A stretch of 10,362 bases of DNA from Octopus sinensis (taxonomy: Eukaryota). The notes beneath the pieces are model-generated. The model ran no database searches. It had not been told where the DNA came from and was given only the letters and a program-made list of their open reading frames with translations. The position numbers and the translations under genes are program-made. The stretch's first letter is position 1. Each line of letters begins with the position of its first letter. Positions 1-8,152 of this stretch are shown here, in pieces. The stretch covers positions 1 to 10,362 of the forward strand of contig NW_021827480.1 in the NCBI RefSeq assembly GCF_006345805.1, given 5' to 3'.

Positions 1-409
1 TGTTCTTCCAGAAAGGTATTCCTTAAAAGGCGTTTGTAATTCTGTCTTGCTTTCTATTTTTCTAAAATTCCCATTCTATACTGGAAAATTGTTCAAAAGA
101 ATATGCCGAATGTCTCTTGCTGTTTATTTATTATCTGTCTTTCCTTCTATGATATTCACTGCCGTTTTATTTTATAACGGTGAACTCGCCGATGGATTTT
201 ATTCCAGCGTCTGCTCATGTTCGTTGCTATGGCCGTTGCTGTTTATTCTGATGCTCTCCTTGGTCACCTTGCATGTGTTCCTTTTACTGCTGTAGAGGCA
301 AATTTATCAAATCTGTTTGTTGTTGCTGTTGTTGTTTTGATGGGATGGCTTTGTTCTTCACGATAGTGTTGTTCTTGGAGTTTTTCTCGCATAAAATGTA
401 ATACTCGAC

Positions 410-616
410 CTCCTCCTCTTCTTCACCGTTATGATCATCATCATTATCATCATCATATTCTTCTTCTTCTTCTCTCTTCTTCTTCCCCCTCCTCCTCCTC
501 CTCCTCACATCATCATCGTCATCATCATCATCATCGACGTCGTCGTCGTTATCATCACATCATCATCATCTCGTTATCGTGATCATGATCATGATCATGA
601 TTATCATCATCATCAA
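410..616. repeat. Compound trinucleotide microsatellite (CTT/CCT/ATC/GTC mix)
   Basis: Runs of atcatcatc, ttcttcttc, cctcctcct and cgtcgtcgt are directly visible; they explain ORFs 284..508 and 431..697. Confidence 0.95.
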
Positions 617-737
617 GTTTATATATATTATATATATGCATATATATATATGCATCTATATATATATATATATATTATATATATATATTATATATAATAT
701 ATATATATATATATATATTATATATAATATCTATATG
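617..737. repeat. Imperfect (TA)n microsatellite
   Basis: Near-continuous tatata tract. Confidence 0.95.
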
Positions 738-897
738 AAGAATAAAGCATCTTTCCGAGTCATATAGAATTGTATGACCAGTTTCCCAGTTTGTGTGGCA
801 TATATATTCCTCCACAGGACCGGATGCTTGCGTGTGGCATTCAAGAACATCAGGCGTCGCACGACCCGGGAATCGAAATCGCAATCTTGGGAACGTG
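735..897 (-). mobile_element. Degenerate, probably internally deleted tRNA-derived SINE (third family)
   Basis: Minus strand reads cacgttcccaagattgcGATTTCGATTCCCgggtcgtgcgacgcctgatgttcttga (B-box-like GTTCGATTCC at 868-880), then gccacacaaactgggaaactgg...tatatgactcggaaag. This resembles the head and tail of an octopod SINE as I recall it. No clear A box. Confidence 0.45.
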
Positions 898-911
898 TAT
901 TTAAGACGTAC

Positions 912-913
<2 letters not shown>

Positions 914-959
<46 letters not shown>

Positions 960-980
960 ACACACTCACACTCATACACA
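914..980. repeat. (CA)n microsatellite
   Basis: About 20 perfect CA units followed by degenerate units. Confidence 0.95.
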
Positions 981-1087
981 TTCACGCATGTAAAAAGAAA
1001 AACATCTACGCATGCACATACAAACACTTTTTATATAGAACGAATTTTGAAAATACTGAATGGAAAATTTATAGGAATTTGAACAAT

Positions 1088-1106
1088 TGGATGGATGGAT
1101 GGATGG
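1088..1106. repeat. Short (TGGA)4 tetranucleotide repeat
   Basis: tggatggatggatggatgg. Confidence 0.9.
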
Positions 1107-1724
1107 TTGACGAAATTTCTGTGAAGTAACAAGGGATACAACGGTAAGGATTTTTTTGCGATTTATTCCACGTCAGTAATTTTAAATCTGAGATATATTC
1201 TGGGAGTTACAAGATAACAGGCAAGTACGGTTAGAAGAAGACGTTTTCCAATGTAACAAGCAAAATGAGATTTTTATATTCGAGTGTTAACAATAATTGT
1301 TACAATCATTGTGAAGAACCTAAAAATGAAAACGAAGAAACATCAAATAAAATAACATTGATAGAAATCCACATGAGCGTGAGAAGATATTGCAATATCT
1401 TCCCTCCGGAAATGCAATCGTAACGTTATCAGATCAGTGAAAAACAACCCCGATTACTCAAGTTAAAGATATACCCGGCGAGTTTCGTGTGTATACATTA
1501 ACCACGTAACTCGCTCATAAGTATTTAAGTTTTCTAATTATCTTCCACGTTAGAACACGCTGGAAGCATTTTCCCTACATTGATATTAGCTGTGCCGTTG
1601 TGAAATTCACTTTTGCAACCGCGTGATTTCCAGTTCAATCACACTCCAGAGCGCATTAGGTAAGTATTATGTACTTTGACACTGGACGGCTAATACCTCT
1701 TGAATGATCTTCGAAGACGGATAC

Positions 1725-1770
1725 CTTATGGAAACTCGTGCCCTAACTCAGCAGTTCGGTAAAAAGATCG
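1725..1770 (+). mobile_element. Old plus-strand fragment of SINE family 1 (3' half)
   Basis: cgtgccctaactcagcagttcggtaaaagatcgat matches the reverse complement of 1890-1930 (acgtcccctaacttagcggttcggcaaaacagactgat). Confidence 0.55.
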
Positions 1771-2220
1771 ATTTACTCTTTTATTCTTTTACTTTGTTTC
1801 AGTCATTTGATGGTGGCCATGCTGGAGCACCGCCTTTCGTCGAGCAAATCGATCATCGGACTTACTCTTTGTAAGCCTAGTACTTATTCTATCAGTCTGT
1901 TTTGCCGAACCGCTAAGTTAGGGGACGTAAACACATCAGCATCGGTTGTCAAGCGATGTTAGGGGGAGGACAAACACAGACACACAAACATGTACACAAA
2001 CATACATACATAAATAAATAAATATATATATATATATAGGGAGATGTACTCGCATATCAAGTGATTTGATCTGAGATCGTGTGCTGAAACGAAAACAATT
2101 GCAACGTGGAAGGTGTTTGTAAGCCATTTAGGAAACACACAAAAGCCGTTCGATTCACTTCAACATTTAAGTTTAATTTGTCAAAATATTTTCGTCGCTA
2201 AAATCCGTTGTGTATATATA

Positions 2221-2268
<48 letters not shown>

Positions 2269-2452
2269 CATATATGTACATATATACGACGGGCTTCTTT
2301 CAGTTTCCGTCTACCAAATCCACCCACAGGGCTTTGGACGGCCCGAGGCTATAGCAGAAAACACTTGCGGAAGGTGCCACGCAGTGGCACTGAACCCGGA
2401 ATCATGTGGTTCGTAAGCAAGCTACTTACCACACAGCTATTCCTACGTCTAT
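1771..2452 (-). mobile_element. Full-length tRNA-derived SINE, family 1 (tRNA head + central TA/TG microsatellite + 3' domain), with an extra insert at 2039-2210
   Basis: Minus strand: A-box-like TAGCTGTGTGGT (2439-2428), B-box-like GGTTCAGTGCC (2396-2386), then caccttccgcaagtgttttc..., a TA/TG tract, and a 3' part ending gactgaaacaaagtaaaagaataaaaagagtaaa. The 3' half and junction align with a second copy at 8797-9072. Confidence 0.85.
2039..2210. mobile_element. Unclassified ~170-bp insert nested in the (TA)n spacer of the SINE
   Basis: Complex sequence flanked on both sides by (TA)n. It is absent from the paralogous SINE copy, where acacaaacacatatata joins directly to cgacgggcttct at about 9025-9050. 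Confidence 0.6.
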
Positions 2453-2460
2453 GAATAAGT

Positions 2461-2922
2461 GGCACTACTAAAGAAAGATCCAAGCAAGGGGAACGCCATA
2501 AATAACTTCAGGCCCATCACACTGCTCAACACAGATTTGGAAATTTTGGCCACGGTGTTATCCGAGTGGTTGGCCCTTGTCATCGAGAAATTAGTCGACA
2601 AGGCACAAACGTACGCCGTACCGAGAAGGAGTATCCATGACAACCCCCATCTGATGAAGTGCATCATAGACAGGGTAGCTAAGGAAGTCGGCATGGATGG
2701 GGCGCTGATCAATTTGGATCAATCAAAAGCTTTCAGCAGGGTAGACCATCACTACTTAGAGCCTGTCCTTCAAGCGGCTGGTTTCGGTCCCATCTTCCGC
2801 AGTTGGAACGCTGCCTTATACGGCGGCATCCGCTCGGTAGTTCGCGTAAATGGTCATCTATCCAGACCATTTAACATCGTGCGTTCGGTTTGTCATGTAT
2901 GGCTCCTCTCGTCATTTCTTTG
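2461..2922 (+). mobile_element. L1/Tx1-clade LINE reverse transcriptase internal fragment (N-terminal RT domains, decayed)
   Basis: ORF 2459..2950: NFRPITLLNTDLEILA (cf. NWRPISLLNxDYKILA), Q..VPRRSIHDN, ALINLDQSKAFSRVDH (cf. LDQEKAFDRVDH), GFGP.F..W, VRVNGHLSRPF. The following CHVWLLSSFL is a decayed RQGCPLSPLL. No YADD region, endonuclease or 3' end. Confidence 0.92.
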
Positions 2923-3914
2923 TAAGGATATTTCTTCCGTTCTATTATAATCTCTGTTCTATTATGATGGGTGAGGAACTAGGTACACTCTGTGAAATAA
3001 TCTATATGTTTGGAGCTCAGGATCAAGAAATGTCACAGCAGGAATGCACCAACTACTACACAATCTATAGATATTTCTGGATGATATGAAGGTATGGCCA
3101 CTCTGTGCCCAGCATAATTTTAGATTACTCACGAATTTTGTGAAATAATTACGACTGAGAAAATTATTCGAGGAAAATTTATTGAAAATTTTATCAGATT
3201 AAGGGATTACGTTTAGGAGCTGTTGATGTTAGACACTGCATTCTATTGCGTATGTAGATATGCTAAATATTATGTTATTTTTCTGACTATGACCAGCTCC
3301 TTTTGTAGGAATGCTATCGACCATATTGTTTTTGTCGTTGGAGTCTACATAGTGATTGCCTTCGGTAAGAATAAAACATTCTCTGTCGCTTTTTCTCCTG
3401 GATCTTACATAGGCAGTGTGTATATAAGAAAGCTACCAACAACGTAGAAAGAGTTGAAGCGCTACATAGTTTCTTTTTCAATATTTCTTGCCAAAATATG
3501 TTTTTCACAGACGTACAATTTAGTTTTCATTCAGTGTGGTAGCCGACAGACACATATGTTGATTGACTAGAAATTTTTCATTACCCTCTCTTCTAGCTAC
3601 TTCTTACTGCATCGCCTTCTTGAACTGCCATCGGTTTACTTGACATGTCTGGCAATTTTGTCAGCTCGTTAAGGAAAGCGACGAAGAAAAATGACTGTAT
3701 CTCGCCTAAATACTTGAGATATCCGCAAATGTCAACACCTTCCAGTTCTCGACATTTTCCATTATGAATGCAATAACAACAATTCTAAAGTTTGTTTGAA
3801 AGATTCACAAAATATATTGAACATATTTCACAGAGATCAGGAGAACAACAAGTTATTTGCAGTTTGCTCGAAATACGAGAAGACATATTTTCTTCCTGTA
3901 TGAGGACTTTTATG

Positions 3915-3954
3915 ATTACTGCTACAACTACTATATACTACTACTACTACTTCT

Positions 3955-4007
<53 letters not shown>

Positions 4008-4052
4008 AAACTACTACTGCTGCTGCTGCTTATGCTGCTACTGCTGCTGCTG

Positions 4053-4102
<50 letters not shown>

Positions 4103-4262
4103 GCTGCTGCTGCTGTTGCTGCTGCTACTACTACTACTACTACTACTGCTGCTACTACTACTACTACTACCACTACTACTACTACTCTACTACTACTACT
4201 TACTACTACTGCTACTACTGCTACTACTACTGCTGCTGCTGCGGCTGCGGCCGCTGCTGCGT
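3915..4262. repeat. Large (CTA)n/(CTG)n compound microsatellite
   Basis: Long ctactacta runs alternating with ctgctgctg; explains ORFs 3792..4391 and 3857..4315. Confidence 0.97.
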
Positions 4263-4263
4263 C

Positions 4264-4421
4264 TGATGATGATGATGATGATGATAATGAGGGTGATGAT
4301 GAAGATGATGACTGATGATGATCATGATGACGACGACGATAATAAGGATGATAAGGGTGATGATGATGATGATGGAGATAATGAAGATTAATGATGATGA
4401 TGACAGTGATGATGATGATAA

Positions 4422-4453
<32 letters not shown>

Positions 4454-4562
4454 ATAATGAAGATTAATGATGATGATGAGGGTGATGATAATGATGACTG
4501 ATGATGATGATGATGATGATGACGACGACGATAATGAGGATGACGATGGTGATGATGACGAT
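4264..4562. repeat. Degenerate (GAT)n microsatellite with internal block duplications
   Basis: gatgatgat with gac/aat variants; gatggagataatgaagattaatgatgatgatga occurs twice (4371, 4447). Confidence 0.95.
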
Positions 4563-4567
4563 CATTG

Positions 4568-4568
<1 letters not shown>

Positions 4569-4618
<50 letters not shown>

Positions 4619-4895
4619 GAACTTTTTAACTCAGGTTTTGTTTGAACTCCTGTTGTCTTGCGTGCGTAGCAGGCTTGCCATGTGCACCCTATGGTGACCT
4701 GCTATCTGACCTTTTTGAACTATCTAATACTTTACTGATTATCCTGGCCGTGCCAAGGAGGCAAACCTTTTCTAACAGTTCTTCTGGGAACTCTATTCCA
4801 ATTTCCTTCAGATTCCTCTTGGTGCCTTCTGATACTATCCCCAAGGACCCAACAATAATAGGCACTATTTTCAGTCGGGCTATTAAACATTTAAA
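4569..4895 (-). mobile_element. 5'-truncated R4/Dong-clade (restriction-like endonuclease type) non-LTR retrotransposon 3' end, with 3' UTR and (TAA)16
   Basis: Minus ORF 4689..4907: KIVPIIVGSLGIVSEGTKRNLKEIGI...LLEKVCLLGTARIISKVLD matches the typical R4/Dong ORF C-terminus (VPIVIGALG...LKELGI...QKxxLLGTARIxRKVL). About 70-100 nt of UTR follow, then (TAA)16 at 4616-4569. Confidence 0.85.
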
Positions 4896-4897
4896 AA

Positions 4898-5015
4898 TCA
4901 TCATCATCTTCTTCTTCTTCTTCTCTTCTTCTTCTTCTTCTTCTTCTTCTTCTTCTTCTTCTTCTTCTTCTTCTTCTTCTTCTTCTTCTTCTTCTCTTCT
5001 TCTTCTTCTTCCGCT
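4898..5015. repeat. (ATC)3 + (TTC)n microsatellite
   Basis: Long ttcttcttc tract. Confidence 0.97.
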
Positions 5016-5026
5016 TCGTCTTCTTG

Positions 5027-5057
5027 TATGTGTGTGTGTGCATATATATACTTACAC

Positions 5058-5090
<33 letters not shown>

Positions 5091-5153
5091 TACACACACA
5101 CACACACACACACGCACACACACACACACAGATATATATATATATATATATAT
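5027..5153. repeat. Compound (TG)n/(CA)n/(TA)n microsatellite
   Basis: Directly visible dinucleotide runs. Confidence 0.95.
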
Positions 5154-5224
5154 CGTATAAAGGATCGCGGGTAAGGCCGAAGCAAATAGAAGTAAATGCA
5201 AGGTAAATATGTGAATTAACGTAG

Positions 5225-5380
5225 ACTTACCTTGCGTTCAATATTTCGGGGTTATGAATCCATTTTCAAGAAATTAACGAATGTTGCCGATGTGTGTGAA
5301 CGTATGTGGAGTGGACATGCCCAGAAAGGTGTTGCTACAGCAATCAGCTACCTTCCTGTTACATGCGCTCGCACTTTATA
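5225..5380 (-). promoter_or_regulatory. Candidate TATA box and non-coding first exon ending in a consensus 5' splice donor
   Basis: Minus strand: TATAAAG at 5380-5374, about 145 nt of unique non-repetitive sequence, then CAAG|GTAAGT (exon ends 5231). Motif evidence only; the ATG in it (ATG GAT TCA TAA) closes immediately. Confidence 0.35.
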
Positions 5381-5386
5381 CAATAC

Positions 5387-5619
5387 TTATTTCTTTATTG
5401 CCCACAATGGGCTAAACATAGAGTGGACAAACAAGGACAGACAGAGGGATTAAGTCGATTATATCGACCCCAGTACGTAACTGGTACTTATTTAATCGAC
5501 CCCGAAAGGATGAAAGGCAAAGTCGACCCCGGCGGAATTTGAACTCAGAACGCAGCGGCAGACGAAATACCGCAAAGCATTTCGCCCGGCGTGCTAACGT
5601 TTCTGCCATCTCGCCGCCT
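5387..5619 (-). mobile_element. Full-length tRNA-derived SINE, family 2, with 12-bp target-site duplication
   Basis: Minus strand: A-box-like TGGCAGAAACG (5608-5598), B-box-like GAGTTCAAATTCC (5546-5534), core gactttgcctttcatcctttcggggtcgattaaataagtaccag, tail ...gggcaataaagaaataag. The direct repeat tttatacaatac lies at 5375-5386 and 5620-5631. A second copy is at about 10010-10150. Confidence 0.92.
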
Positions 5620-6168
5620 TTTATACAATACACTCTACACAATGCTTCATAGTAATTATTCCATTATAACATACACACACACATATATAAATACAGTGTA
5701 CACTTAGACACATAAGAGACACCCATCGTAGGATTCCTTGCATGCTAAAGAGAACAATTAAATTCCAAACCACTATTACAATCGAATACAAAAGCCGGCA
5801 TTCCTTTATTTACCGTCGACAAGGAGCTGCACTTGCGCGGTAGATTTGAAAAATTAGAATGTATAAACACGTGGCAAATACTGGATTGCCTCGTGCATGT
5901 ATATTTAATCTAATGTGTACTTGCTGAAGAAGACTTCGCCAAGCAAACTATTTTATTTGCTAAAAATGTCTGAAACCATTGATCCAGGAGTTAGATGGTA
6001 AATGTTTTTATTTTTCATTCCGTTGGAAATTTTATCCCTAATAATGGTTTGGAATTTAACTGTTCTCTCTATATTTATATGAATAATATATAGTCTATTG
6101 ACTAAATTTTTGCACGCCAGGCCACTGGTAATGGAAATTTCTAATATTTCTGATTACCCTTTGATATT

Positions 6169-6668
<500 letters not shown>

Positions 6669-6683
6669 GCATAAATTAATTGA

Positions 6684-6775
6684 AGGGGTTGATCCGTTCG
6701 GCTAAACCGCTTGCAGGCATTGCCCCAGCATGGCCGAAGTCCAGTGACTGAATCATGTAAAAGAGAGAAGATAAA
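6684..6775 (+). mobile_element. 3'-tail fragment of SINE family 1
   Basis: ggggttgatccgttcggctaaa...ggcattgccccagcatggccgaagtccagtgactgaatcatgtaaaagag matches the reverse complement of 1790-1850 (aaggcggtgctccagcatggccaccatcaaatgactgaaacaaagtaaaag). Confidence 0.75.
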
Positions 6776-6973
6776 TATTGTTTAAGCATCTTATTCCGGC
6801 ACTTTACGGATTCCAGCCATGCCAACACCTAATAATGGTGTTACTTCTGCTTCAGTGAATCGTCAATCGCTACGCATTACAATCGCCGTCGATCAAAAGC
6901 GCGCTACGGAATCACGTCCCAAGTACATTAGCATCAAAATCAGTTGAGCTGACTCCACCACAATCAAAGTCCA

Positions 6974-8152
6974 ACACCACCACCACCACCACCACTACCA
7001 CCACCACCACCACCACCACCACCATCACCACCACTACAACAGCAACAACAAAAACACCACCTCCGAAACCAAATCTGCAGAAACAGCAATAACAGCAGCA
7101 CCACCACCACCACAACAACATCAACAACAGGAACAACAACATCATCATCTCCGGAATCAAAAGAGCAGCAGCACCACCACCACCTTAACAACAAGAAAAG
7201 CAACACTTCGGAAACGAAATCTACAAACGCCACCAACAATAACAACACGAACATCAAACTCATCCCCACTACCACCAACATTACCATCACAATCACCATC
7301 ATCATCATCATTACCATCATTATCACCACCACCACCACCACCACCACTAAACTCATCAACAACACCACCACCAACCCCAACCTCAACATCACCACCAACA
7401 CCAATGCCATCACTACAATCAACACCACCACCATCCTCACCACCACCACTAACCACATCGTCAACACCACTACCACCACCACCACCACCACTAACCTCAT
7501 CGTCAACACCACCACCACCATCCTCACCCCACCACCACCATCCTCACCACCAACACTACCAGCCTCACCGTCACCACCATCCTCATCACCACCACTAGCA
7601 TCAATACCACCACCACCATCCTCACAACCACCACCACCAATAACCTCATCGACAACACCACCACCAACCAACCAACTCCAACCTCAACAACACCACCAGC
7701 ACGAAAGCCACCACTACCATCAGCACCCCCTCAACCACTACCAATCCGAACATTACAACCGACATCAACGCCACCACCATCCTCACCACCACCACTAACC
7801 TCATCGTCAACACCACCACCACCACCACCACAACTAACCTCATCGTCAACACCACCACCACCACCATCCTCACCACCATCCTCACCACCACCACTATCCT
7901 CACCCCCACCACCACCATCCTCACCACAAACACTACCATCCTCACCATCACCACCATCCTCATCACCACCACTACCATCAATACCACCACCACCACCATC
8001 CTCACAACCACCACCACCAATAACCTCATCGACAACACCACCAACCAACCTCAACCTCAACATTACCACCATCTCAAGTGTCACCACTACCACCAGCACC
8101 CCCTCAACCACTACCAATCCCAACATTACAACCGACATCAACGCCACCACCG
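6974..8152. repeat. (ACC)n-derived low-complexity field with a ~350-380-bp tandem duplication
   Basis: C/A-dominated ACC/ATC/AAC/ACT mosaic. Anchors repeat at 7641/8021 (taacctcatcgacaacaccacc) and 7721/8094 (cagcaccccctcaaccactaccaatcc). Confidence 0.92.

Noticed and set aside
47-295. Hydrophobic 82-aa ORF resembling a membrane peptide
   Set aside because: TTG start, composition explained by T-rich DNA, and no recognisable motif on either strand.
284-1082. ORFs such as 284..508, 431..697, 579..767, 731..1027 and 793..993
   Set aside because: Poly-I/Y/E/D and TH/CV runs are direct translations of microsatellites; no domain signal.
2380-2452. tRNA gene (also considered at 5530-5619)
   Set aside because: A/B-box-like motifs are present but there is no complete cloverleaf or acceptor stem, and they continue into SINE bodies.
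3571-3768. Strong plus-strand acceptor (tttttcattaccctctcttctag, 3596) and 40-aa ORF MSGNFVSSLRKATKK...
   Set aside because: All three frames after the acceptor close quickly, there is no matching donor, and the peptide is unrecognisable.
3792-4697. Long poly-Leu/Thr/Asp/Met ORFs
   Set aside because: They are (CTA)n, (CTG)n, (GAT)n and (TTA)n tracts, with no unique flanking coding signal.
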